Source: Eledone cirrhosa (Eukaryota). From it: a stretch of 64,000 nucleotides of DNA. The stretch spans positions 54,870,001 to 54,934,000 of the forward strand of contig OZ024742.1 of the NCBI GenBank assembly GCA_964016885.1, given 5' to 3'. Positions 1-17,933 of the stretch are shown here, one piece after another. The notes beneath the pieces are model-generated. The model saw nothing but the letters and a program-made list of their open reading frames with translations, did no database searches and was not told the DNA's origin. The position numbers and the translations under genes are program-made. Each line of letters starts with the position of its first letter. Positions within the stretch are counted from its first letter, which is position 1.

Positions 1-8
1 ATACATAC

Positions 9-85
<77 letters not shown>

Positions 86-94
86 CATATATAT

Positions 95-127
<33 letters not shown>

Positions 128-130
128 CAA

Positions 131-169
<39 letters not shown>

Positions 170-176
<7 letters not shown>

Positions 177-612
177 AATTAAGTTAAAAATGTACATCCA
201 CATATGTATACTGAAATACTAGTATGCATATGAATACACACACGTGTACATATGTAGATGTACCGAGTTTTTCATTGGACACTTTACTGTGAGTGTTCAG
301 CTAGTCTGTATGTAAACACAGACAAACCGGTTTTTAGAGTCATACTGGTTTTCGAGGAAACACCTTTCCTCTATTCTCCAGAAAGCCAGACAGGAATATT
401 GGACTAGTTTCGATGTTGTTACATCTCATCAGCAATATTTACCTATCCTCCGGCCTTTCTAGAGAATCGTAAAAGCACATATCGTTATATGCTTTTTCTA
501 TGAAAATTAGTAGTGGGCAGACTAATTTGCAGAGAGCCTGAGTACGTACCGGTTCAGCGGAGACGATAAAAACAAATAACGAAACGAAATTAAATTTTGC
601 TTCGTTTGTAAC
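170..612 (-). mobile_element. Non-coding hammerhead-bearing repeat (retrozyme/Penelope pLTR-like), distant relative of the 60005-61640 family
   Basis: Starts at a (TA)n tract; contains a hammerhead at 395-439; shares motif order with 60005-60500 (GTAAACA hairpin, ACTAGTTTC, TATGAAAATTA, GAAACGAAATT). Confidence 0.5.
395..439 (-). ncRNA. Type I hammerhead ribozyme (minimal stem III)
   Basis: Minus strand: AATATTG-CTGATGA-GATGT(AACA)ACATC-GAAA-CTAG-TC-CAATATT. 7-bp stem I, 5-bp stem II, GUC cleavage triplet, palindromic CTAG in stem III. Confidence 0.9.
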
Positions 613-789
613 TCACTTTTGTATGACTTCTTCTACCTCCCTTCGATGCACCTCTCTCTGACCATTGGACTCCTGCCCGGGTGTGCACCGGTTTGTGATT
701 ACCCCACCGCTCAACTGTGTGAATGCACACCTGCGACTTTCGAGTGAACTTTTGAGACTGCCCAACATGGGACGCCTACATTGCCTTGC

Positions 790-950
790 AATGGTCAAGT
801 GATACTGATGACTGTGACACTTAGTGCCTTCGTGGGCCCCTGATGTTTTCAAGAAATATATTTTAAAAAAATGGTCAAGTGATACACATAACTGAGACAC
901 TTAGTGCCTTCGTGGGCCCCTGATATATTCAAGAGATATATTTAAAAAAA
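790..950. repeat. 80-bp tandem duplication
   Basis: ATGGTCAAGTGATAC...GACACTTAGTGCCTTCGTGGGCCCCTGAT starts at 791 and 871. Confidence 0.85.
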
Positions 951-959
951 AATATATAT

Positions 960-1048
960 ATCTTATCTCAATTTACTTTATTTCATTTTATTCTATTTTA
1001 TTTCATTTCATGTTATCTAATTTTATTTATTTACTTATTTAATTCCAT

Positions 1049-1079
<31 letters not shown>

Positions 1080-1163
1080 CTTATTTACTTATTTATTTAT
1101 TCATTTATTTAAATTTAATTTTAATTTTAATTTTAATTTTAATTTTATTTATTTATTTAATTT

Positions 1164-1195
<32 letters not shown>

Positions 1196-1745
1196 TTACA
1201 TTTAATTACATGTAATTATACATTTAATTATATCTTATATTATATTATTTTAATTTAGTCTATGTTATTTGATTTTAGTTTACCTTATTTTATTTTATCT
1301 TATTTTATGATTATATTATATTATGTTCTATTTTATATAATTTTAATTTTAATTTTATATTATTTTATCTCATTCCTTACCCTGTATCACTATTATCTGT
1401 ATATTTTATATTTTATATGTAAGTTTGTTATGTATTTCTTTATATTTTCTTATATATATTATAAGTCTGTTTTTCACCTATTTTTTACCTACTCTTACCT
1501 AATCCTATCTATCTTATCTACTCTTGTCTGTTCTCTTATCCATGTGTATGCTTGTATGTAACTATATGTTGACAGCACCCCGCCCAACTGTGACTGATAG
1601 CACCCCTTATTTTTCATTGCTTATTTTCATTGTTTATTTTATTATCTTATTTTTATTTTTATTTTTATTTTTATTTTTATTTTTATTCTTATCTTTATTT
1701 TTACTTTTACTTCCTTAATATCCTTTATCGTCTATTATTATTTTT
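960..1745. repeat. T-rich low-complexity DNA ((TTTA)n, (TTTTAA)n, (TTTTTA)n)
   Basis: Direct reading of simple repeats. Confidence 0.8.
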
Positions 1746-1800
1746 CATTCTTCAATGTCTTGGATTTGTTATTGCTTGTATGGTATGTAATTAACCTTTA

Positions 1801-1846
1801 TGCTCTGATGAGTCCCACTTATAGTGCGGATGAAACAATGTTAGCA
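1801..1846 (+). ncRNA. Type I hammerhead ribozyme
   Basis: TGCT-CTGATGA-GTCCCACT(TAT)AGTGCGGAT-GAAA-CAATG-TT-AGCA. Stem II has one bulge; GUU triplet; ~135-nt tail then (TA)n. Confidence 0.75.
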
Positions 1847-2041
1847 AGTAAAGATATGCATATGCTATAGGCGTTCTTTGTTATTTATTATATCACGGCT
1901 CTGTCCTCAGACATTGAGCTAACCTTATACTGCCTGCTGGATAAGTGGAGTGTTATACACCCCTGATCCTCTCCCTAGTATACATATATATATATACATA
2001 CATACACATATATATATATATACATACATATATATATATAT

Positions 2042-2072
<31 letters not shown>

Positions 2073-2123
2073 CATACATATATATATATACATACATACA
2101 TATATATATACATACATATATAT

Positions 2124-2605
2124 ATGGTGGCTGCCAACTCGTTTTCGAGTACGGCCACTACTTTACATCCATGTAGGATAACCCCTACCGAAGCGCTGAA
2201 CGAGTGTGACTTTTTAGTCCAGCCAGCGACTTGAAACCTCTGGTACAAACACTACACCTGTGACAATCATTGACACATAGTGCTAGGCCCATGGTAGGAC
2301 AACTATTGACACATAGTGCTGGGCCCATGTGAGGACAAGTGCAGAGAGATCTCCAGATATAAAGCAATGCCTGTGCCGTGAAGCTTTTATAGTGAGCAAA
2401 GGCACTGCACAAAGCCAGTCCCACTCTCTTAACCAAGATGCTATTTACCAAAAAGAAGAACAAGTCAACATCATTGGATACCATCAGGGTTGCAGGTGTT
2501 ATATCAGAGTTTTCCTTCTCCTAGAATTCTGCCTTGACTAAGGCTAAAGGGGTCATCTCTCCCGGTGATTTTGGATGGCCATTGACTCTTAAGAGCTCCT
2601 TTGCC
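2124..2605 (-). mobile_element. Short RTE-derived non-autonomous retroelement, 5'-truncated copy
   Basis: Highly similar reverse complement of 59118-59597; encodes RTE-type C-terminal motif [19 protein letters not shown]; (TA)n on both sides. Confidence 0.65.
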
Positions 2606-2606
2606 C

Positions 2607-4597
<1,991 letters not shown>

Positions 4598-5869
4598 ATC
4601 TATCTTTTTCGTGATTGCCCTTTGAGGAGCTTCAAGTTTCATGATACTTTGTTTCGTGTGGGGAGACCACAGTGGACAACAGTATTCAAGGTGTGGTCGG
4701 GCAAAAGTAGAGAAGAGAAGGATAATGGTGCGGGAATCTCTCGACTGGAAGGTTCTGAGGATCCAGGAACATATTCTGCGGGCCATGTCAACTTTGCTGC
4801 TTATATGCGTGGTCCAGCTTATGTTGCTGTCCACGGTTACTCCCATGTCTCTGATGTTGTTAGATGCCACGAGAGTTTCCCCGGAGGGAAGGGAGTACGG
4901 GAATTTCAGAGCATCCTCTTTTCCCAAGTGGATCAGTTCGAATTTGTCTTCGTTCAGTAACATGTTGTTCTTTTCCGCCCATTGGGTAACAGCCAGTAGG
5001 TCTGACTGAAGGCTTATCCGGTCATCCACGCCATTGATGACCTTTTGGAGCTTGGAATCATCAGCGAAAATTTTAATGTTGCTGTGTTTGATGATGTCAG
5101 TGATGTCATTAATATAGATGATGAAGAGAAGTGGGCCCAACACAGTGCCTTGTGGGACCCCACTACTGACTTTGGCTGGGCTGGATTTGACTCCCTCAAC
5201 TACAACATGTTGGGTTCTGTTTGACAGGAAGCTCTTGATCCACTGCAGCAGCTTTCCAGTGACACCAATATTGGACAGCTTTCTCAGTAGAATGTTATGA
5301 TCAACCCTGTCAAAGGCCTTGCTGAAATCAAGGTAGAAAACATCAGTGTTGGAACCCTCTCCCAAGGCTCTCAAAATGTCATCAAAGTGATGCAGTAGCT
5401 GCGTCAGGCAATCCCTTCCATTACGGAATCCATGCTGGTTGGAGTTCAGCATATTGTTACTCTCAAGGAAGTGGGTCATTCGCGATCTCACCACTCTCTC
5501 AAATACCTTAATGATATGAGAGGTGAGTGAGATTGGACGGTAATTCACGGCAAGGGATTTGTTTCCCTTTTTGAAAATTGGGACAACAGACTGGGATAGA
5601 AGGTTTTCAGGCACATATCCAGCATCCAGTGAGTTCCGCCACAGATTGGCAAGAGGAGATGCAAGTTGGTGTTGACACGCCTTCAAGACACAAGCAGGGA
5701 ACCTATCGGGACCTACAGCTGAATTATGCTTGATTTCCTTTATTGCCGCCAAGACATCAAGGGCGCCAAACGTTATGTCCGATAAGGTGTAATGGGGAGT
5801 AACATCGCCGATACAGCCCATATCGGCCATATCAGGATTGCTGAAAACAGAGCAGTATTGTTTCTGCAG
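4598..5869 (-). mobile_element. CR1/L2-group LINE ORF2 fragment covering the reverse transcriptase domain
   Basis: Open frame of ~420 codons with [56 protein letters not shown]; both ends cut directly into (TA)n. Confidence 0.92.
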
Positions 5870-8157
<2,288 letters not shown>

Positions 8158-9213
8158 GTAGATAAATCTACCAAAAGTTTACGGTAGTTTCCAATCCGTA
8201 TGAAGAACTCAATGTAATCCGGATATCATGAAAAGAGAAGATGTATTCACACCTACTTTCGGTGAAAAATAAACGGAAAAGAGAGTCAAGATAAATTAAT
8301 AAAATAATGAATAAACAAAGAAACAGTTCCTTATATTAAAAAATTCATCATTTTACGATCGTTTCAAGGATATATATGTGATAGAGTTGGTATGCATATT
8401 CTATAGATCTATGTACAGTATTTATACAAACTATCAGAGGGAATATACATACCTACACATATAGATGCTGTCTTCAGAAATAATGATATTTGTTTATTGA
8501 AAAAAACAAAGATTCAATACAATAGGTCTGTTTGGGAACAGGTTTTGAATTGACCAATAGAGAGATAGTGAGGGTCAAGATCGTAATATAGTAGTAGAAT
8601 AACCTTAAATTATGGGTAGAGGAAGGTAGATTTCAGTTTTGGATGGAAAAGAATATTATGAATGAAGGATTATTTTAGGGGAGAAATAGGTCGTATGCTG
8701 ACCTTAGAAATAATGTTATTTGTTCATTGAATAAAACCAACAAAGATCTAATATATTCTGTCTGGTTGGTAAGAAGTTTAGAATTAACCAATAGAAAGTT
8801 AATAATTGGCCAAATGGTAAAATAGTAGTAATTGAAGCTTATTTTAGGGGTGAAAATAGGTCAGGTGGTCAGTAAAAGGTATACAAGCAGTTGCTGTTAT
8901 GAAATAGTAATGCCAATACAAATATCTAAGGTGACTAAAGTTTTACGATAAGAATGTCAGTGAAAAAATACATCTATGAAAAGAATATAAATTAATTTAA
9001 TTGATGGGTATATTTATATTGATAAAATTATACGAATACATATAGATATGATAAATAAGAGTTAGATGCAGTTGAAAAGTGCTGTTAAAGATGAGGGGAA
9101 ATTAAAAGAATATAAAAATAATATATATATATTTATACCTATATATATATATATATATACATATATATACACATACATACACACATATACACACACATAT
9201 ATATATATACACA

Positions 9214-9254
<41 letters not shown>

Positions 9255-10534
9255 GCATGCATATATACATACATACATATATATATATACATATATATAT
9301 ATATACACACACATATATACATACATACATATATATATATACACACACATACACACTTACATATACATATAATTATTGGGGGGGGGGAATTAAATTTATT
9401 AGTGTGAAATAATAAATATATATAGTTTTCAAGGAACATAGAGTCATAACCTGAAGTTAAAGCATTATATATGTTTACTTAATAGTATCAGTTTTAGGAA
9501 ATGATAGTTGTAAGAAGGAAAGCAAAATTATGTAGTTCATCAGTAGTAGAATATTAATTATAGGTTAACTAAATTAAAAATAGTTTATATATTAATTTCT
9601 AAAGTGTATATTAACTAGGTTTATAATATTTAAAGCAGAATTATGTAGTTTATCAGTAGTAGAATATTAATTATAGTTTAACTAAATTAAAAATAGTTTA
9701 TATATTAATTTCTAAAGTGTATATTAATTAGGTTTATAATATTTAAAGGTTTTTCTCAGTTTATGATTACACGATATTATTAATTCCTGTCGCTTATTTA
9801 ATAGGATATCCTTAGATTTCATTATTTCAAAAATTTCTTGGGAACATAATCTACATACATATCTACTATTTTGATAAGGGGTGGCCCTTTTGAGCACACT
9901 CCAGGTCAGGTCATAATCTATATTCCTCTTTCTATAACTATTAATTATTTCTGCTAGAGATGTTGTATTAGCTAGTGCGGCATTTTTAAAACTATGTTTG
10001 TGGGTATTAAATCTTACCTTAAATTTGTTAGAGGTAGCTCCTATATATGAATAAATTGAGTCCTTAGTGTTAACTTTACATTTATATACTATGTTATTAA
10101 CAAGGCAATTTCCTTTTAATGGACAGTTTGCCTTGTTTCTACAGTTACAACTTTTCGTGAATCCTGTATCTGAGGAGATATTATGGTTAGTTTGATGTAC
10201 TGGTGGTATACTCATGGTTTTTTTTACATTTATATGCATTATAGGCACTTATATTTTGTTTTATGTTTTTGGTTGTTGAGTAGGAGAATTTCACCGTTGA
10301 TCTATTAAAAATTTGGTGGGAAGTTTTTCTCTGGGATATTAAAGAATTTTTTAGGTATATTATCCTTAATTTGTAAATTAAATGGAGCATTATACCAACT
10401 AACTAGTCTATTACGGTTTCGATGTTGTTTATTGGTTTTATAGGATGCATCCTGATGTTTATTAAGAGAATTATTGTTAATGACCTCACCACACACATTT
10501 TTAGTTAGATTTATTGATTTAGGTGTTTTAGCTT
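8158..10534 (-). mobile_element. Penelope-like element 1, left inverted copy (linker + GIY-YIG + 3' region with terminal tail)
   Basis: Reverse complement of ~11106-13723 plus an extra ~145-bp tail (8158-8300); ORF pieces 10305-10496 and 9724-10248 with CNCRNKANCPLKGNC and NIVY...YIG; frameshift and small deletion. Confidence 0.9.
8345..8486 (-). ncRNA. Type I hammerhead motif with ~105-nt stem II
   Basis: TCATTATTT-CTGAAGA-[105 nt]-GAAA-CGATCG-TA-AAATGATGA. Confidence 0.75.
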
Positions 10535-10543
10535 CTTTTTAAG

Positions 10544-11934
10544 GTTTTTTCCAATAACCTTAGCCTCTCAGAGATAGAAAAAAATAAAAAGCTTATTAGA
10601 ACTTTCCTTAAAGACTATTATAGTCTAGATATTACATTTGAAAACACAAGTAAAGTAGTTAATTTCCTAGATATAACATTAGACTTATCTACGGGTATCT
10701 ACCAACCTTACCATAAACCCAACCAAAATTTACACTACATACACTCACAATCTAATCACCCTAAATCTATCCTTAAAAACCTTGCATATAATATATCACT
10801 TAGAATTTCTAACCTTTCGTCTAACCAAGATGTATTTGATAAAAATGCGACCTTTTATAACGAAGCTCTAGCTAGAAGTGGCCACAAAAATAGAATAGAA
10901 TATATACCTTCTACCAACATACAATCTAATATTACCAACAAACACCAAATGAAACATACACACCTAAATGCCACTCACACTATACCCCAAAACACCAACA
11001 TAAAACCAAATTTCTCTAACTCTTCTAATATACACTATAGTAACTCTCAAAAAACTACTCATCCTACAACTCGAATAAATGTTAATAGTAAAACTCCTAA
11101 TAAACAAGCTAAAACACCTAAATCAATAAATCTAACTAAAAATGTGTGTGGTGAGGTCATTAACAATAATTCTCTTAATAAACATCAGGATGCATCCTAT
11201 AAAAACAATAAACAATATCGAAACCGTAATAGACGAGTTAGTTGGTATAATGCTCCATTTAATTTACAAATTAAGGATAATATACCTAAAAAATTATTTA
11301 ATATCCCAGAGAAAAACTTCCCACCAAACCACGAATACCATCAAATTTTTAATAGATCAACGGTGAAATTCTCCTACTCAACAACCAAAAACATAAAACA
11401 AAATATAAGTGCCTATAATGCATATAAATGTAAAAAAAAACCATGAGTATACCACCAGTACATCAAACTAACCATAATATCTCCTCAGATACAGGATTCA
11501 CGAAAAGTTGTAACTGTAGAAACAAGGCAAACTGTCCATTAAAAGGAAATTGCCTTGTTAATAACATAGTATATAAATGTAAAGTTAACACTAAGGAGTC
11601 AATTTATTCATATATAGGAGCTACCTCTAACAAATTTAAGGTAAGATTTAATACCCACAAACATAGTTTTAAAAATGCCGCACTAGCTAATACAACATCT
11701 CTAGCAGAAATAATTAATAGTTATAGAAAGAGGAATATAGATTATGACCTGACCTGGAGTGTGCTCAAAAGGGCCACCCCTTATCAAAATAGTAGATATG
11801 AATGTAGATTATGTTCCCAAGAACTTTTTGAAATAATGAAATCTAAGGATATCCTATTAAATAAGCGACAGGAATTAATAATATCGTGTAATCATAAACT
11901 GAGAAAAACCTTTAAATATTATAAACTTAATTAA
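10544..11934 (+). pseudogene. 5'-truncated Penelope-like RT thumb/linker/GIY-YIG ORF, frameshifted in the A-run at ~11432-11440
   Basis: In frame from ~10550 (SNNLSLSEIEK...VNFLDITLDL...YHKP...SNHP) to 11446, continuing as 11443-11934; collinear with intact ORF 45233-46900. Confidence 0.9.
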
Positions 11935-12140
11935 TATAGACTTTAGAAATTAATATATAAACTATTTTTAATTTAGTTAACCTATAATTAATATTCTACT
12001 ACTGATGAACTACATAATTCTGCTTTAAATATTATAAACCTAATTAATATACACTTTAGAAATTAATATATAAACTATTTTTAATTTAGTTAACCTATAA
12101 TTAATATTCTACTACTGATGAACTACATAATTTTGCTTTC
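11912..12140 (+). repeat. ~116-bp tandem repeat beginning at the Penelope stop codon
   Basis: TTAAATATTATAAAC...CTACTGATGAACTACATAATT twice; mirrored at ~9520-9745. Confidence 0.85.
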
Positions 12141-12336
12141 CTTCTTACAACTATCATTTCCTAAAACTGATACTATTAAGTAAACATATATAATGCTTTA
12201 ACTTCAGGTTATGACTCTATGTTCCTTGAAAACTATATATATTTATTATTTCTCACTAATAAATTTAATTCCCCTCCCCCAATAATTATATGTATATGTA
12301 AGTGTGTATATATATATGTATTTATGTATATATGCA

Positions 12337-12412
<76 letters not shown>

Positions 12413-12419
<7 letters not shown>

Positions 12420-12778
12420 ATAGAGGTGTAACACACAAGTTATTATATATTGGTAAACGGAATAGAAAATGCTGACAAATTGTTCACAGTTCAAAAATGG
12501 TTTAATTAGGAATAAAAGAGTATTAGTGATTGTATGGGTTAGTATTCAGTTGTGGTTTTAAGTTTTTAAGTTTTTACCGGTTGCGCATTTGTAGCTTTTC
12601 AATCAGAGCAAACAGCACTGACACTCTATCTCAAAATTATGAAATGCGCAACCGGTAAAAACTTAAAAACTTAAAACCACAACTGAATACTAACCCATAC
12701 AATCACTAATACTCTTTTATTCCTAATTAAACCATTTTTCAACTGTGAACAATTTGTCAGTATTTTCTATTCCGTTTA

Positions 12779-12787
<9 letters not shown>
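12413..12787. mobile_element. Small fold-back element nested in the (TA)n of Penelope element 1
   Basis: Near-perfect inverted arms ~12450-12590 and ~12642-12783; ~50-bp spacer; ~35-bp one-sided tail; absent from the left Penelope arm. Confidence 0.8.
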
Positions 12788-12839
<52 letters not shown>

Positions 12840-13526
12840 ATGTATATATATATATGTGTGTATATGTGTGTATGTATGTGTATATATATATTATTTTTAT
12901 ATTCTTTTAATTTCCCCTCATCTTTAACAGCACTTTTCAACTGCATCTAACTCTTATTTATCATATCTATATGTATTAGTATAATTTTATCAATATAAAT
13001 ATACCCATCAATTAAATTAATTTATATTCTTTTCATAGATGTATTATTTTCACTAACATTCTTATCGTAAAACTTTAGTCACCTTAGATATTTGTATTGG
13101 CATTATTATTTTATAACAGCAACTTCTTGTATACCTTTTACTGACCACCTGACCTATTTTCACCCCTAAAATAAGCTTCAATAACTACTATTTTGCCATT
13201 TGGCCAATTATTAACTTTCTATTGGTTAATTCTAAACTTCTTACCAAACAGACAGAATATATTAGATCTTTGCTGGTTTTATTCAATGAACAAATAAAAT
13301 TATTTTTAAGGTCAGCATACGACCTATTTCTTCCCTAAAATAATCCTTCATTCATAATATTCTTTTCCATCCAAAACTGAAATCTACCTTCCTCTACCTA
13401 TAATTTAAGGTTCTTCTACAACAATATTACTATCTTGACCCTCACTATCTCTCTATTGGTCAATTTAAAACCTGTTCCCAAACAGACCTATTGTATTGAA
13501 TCTTTGTTTTTTTCAATAAACAAATA

Positions 13527-13668
13527 TCATTATTTCTGAAGACAGCATCTATATGTGTAGGTATGTATATTCCCTCTGATAGTTTGTATAAATACTGTGC
13601 ATAGATCTATAGAATATGCATACCAACTCTATCACATATATATCCTAGAAACGTTCGTAAAATGATGA
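13527..13668 (+). ncRNA. Type I hammerhead motif with ~105-nt stem II
   Basis: TCATTATTT-CTGAAGA-[GGTATGTATATTC...GAATATGCATACC helix]-GAAA-CGTTCG-TA-AAATGATGA. Confidence 0.75.
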
Positions 13669-13723
13669 ATTTTTTTAATATAAGGAACTGTTTCTTTGTT
13701 TTTTTCATTATTTTATTAATTTA

Positions 13724-15958
<2,235 letters not shown>

Positions 15959-16360
15959 TTTTGAGTTTATGTTGGTTGTGTACCAACACCTCAGGATGCA
16001 GGCTGGAGCACTCGACGAAGTGCGCAGGTTGGTTTGGTTACTCCGGAGTAGTGTAAAATAAAGTTAAATAAAAGTCAAATGATTAAAATTTAGCTTCGTT
16101 TATTACTGCTATATATATTTCAGTGACAGCCATCTTTGGCTGTGACCTCTTCAGGCAGTTTGAATTAGTATGGTATAGACAAGTACATATGTTGTTTAGG
16201 TGTATGATATTGTCAATACTCTGATATGCCCAGTTCCTTGTTGGGTTGTTAATTCACTGGGGAACTGGAGTCATATGAAGATGGCTGTCACTGAAATATA
16301 TATAGCAGTAATAAACGAAGCTAAATTTTAGTCATTTGACTTTTATTTAACTTTATTTTA
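15959..16360 (-). mobile_element. Hammerhead-bearing fold-back mini-element in (TA)n
   Basis: Inverted arms ~16055-16136 and ~16278-16360; ~95-bp tail on the left only. Confidence 0.8.
16105..16159 (-). ncRNA. Type I hammerhead ribozyme
   Basis: ACTGC-CTGAAGA-GGTCACAGCCA(AAGA)TGGCTGTCACT-GAAA-TATATA-TA-GCAGT; AUA triplet. Confidence 0.85.
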
Positions 16361-16406
16361 TATATACATACATATATATATATATATACATATATATATA
16401 CATACA

Positions 16407-16544
<138 letters not shown>

Positions 16545-16625
16545 CATACATATATATATACATACATATATATATATATACATACATATATATATATATA
16601 CATACATATATATATATATACATAC

Positions 16626-16656
<31 letters not shown>

Positions 16657-16681
16657 CATACATATATATATATATACATAC

Positions 16682-16712
<31 letters not shown>

Positions 16713-16735
16713 CATACATACATACATATATATAT

Positions 16736-16815
<80 letters not shown>

Positions 16816-16882
16816 ATATATCATACATACATATATATATATATATACTATTATTATGTAATAAACAAGATAAGGCAATTAT

Positions 16883-16940
16883 TCCATTTACCAGTGGTTT
16901 CTTAAAAGCAAAAGGTTTTGCTTTCAATCCTCAGAACGGA
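16883..16940 (-). ncRNA. Type I hammerhead ribozyme (mirror copy)
   Basis: Reverse complement of 16956-17013. Confidence 0.8.
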
Positions 16941-16955
16941 AAAAGCTAGTTTTTT

Positions 16956-17013
16956 TCCGTTCTGAGGATTGAAAGCAAAACCTTTTGCTTTTAAGAAACC
17001 ACTGGTAAATGGA
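16956..17013 (+). ncRNA. Type I hammerhead ribozyme
   Basis: TCCGTT-CTGAGGA-TTGAAAGCAAAACCTTTTGCTTTTAA-GAAA-CCACTGG-TA-AATGGA; long stem II, GUA triplet. Confidence 0.85.
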
Positions 17014-17124
17014 TTAATTGCCTTATGTTGTTTATTACATAATAATAATAATAATTAAGCTCTGTTGCCTACATAGAGCACTCTTTTTTCCTGGACTTTT
17101 CCGATGGAATTACTTCATTCACAC

Positions 17125-17155
<31 letters not shown>

Positions 17156-17190
17156 CATACATATATATATATACATACATATATATATAT

Positions 17191-17221
<31 letters not shown>

Positions 17222-17236
17222 CATACATATATATAT

Positions 17237-17279
<43 letters not shown>

Positions 17280-17294
17280 CATATATATATACAC

Positions 17295-17327
<33 letters not shown>

Positions 17328-17693
17328 CACACATATATATATATATACATACATATATATATATACACATATATATATATATATACATACATATATATAT
17401 ATACATACATATATATATATATATAGATACATATATATATATATACATACATATATATATATACACATACATATATATTTATATATATATATACTTATAT
17501 ATATATATGTATACATATATATATATAATATAAATATATACATATATATATATATACATACATATATATATATACACATATATATATATATATACACATA
17601 TATATATATTTATAATATAAATATATACATATATATATATACATACATATATATATATATATATACACATATATATATATACATATATATATA

Positions 17694-17760
<67 letters not shown>

Positions 17761-17763
17761 ATC

Positions 17764-17796
<33 letters not shown>

Positions 17797-17855
17797 ATAT
17801 CTATATATATATATATTTATATATATATATATATATCTATATATATATATATCTA

Positions 17856-17898
<43 letters not shown>

Positions 17899-17933
17899 AT
17901 GTATGTATAGTATATCAGGCAATATTAAAAACA

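Larger units (their letters stand above)
10544..13723 (+). mobile_element. Penelope-like element 1, right copy
   Basis: ORF plus long 3' region with ~116-bp repeats, an internal (TA)n, a nested fold-back and a hammerhead; ends at ATTAATTTAT into (TA)n. Confidence 0.9.
16848..17120. mobile_element. Near-perfect palindromic mini-element with a hammerhead on each strand
   Basis: ~95-bp arms centred on AAAAAGCTAGTTTTTTT (~16948); ~70-bp tail on the right; (TA)n on both sides. Confidence 0.85.

Noticed and set aside
345-385. Hairpin GAGGAAA-CACC-TTTCCTC followed by GAAA on the minus strand
   Set aside because: Upstream core is not CUGANGA and no stem I closes it
11998-12125. CTGATGA motifs in the 116-bp repeats (others at ~816, ~25014 minus, ~25082, ~63056)
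   Set aside because: No matching GAAA, stem III and stem I
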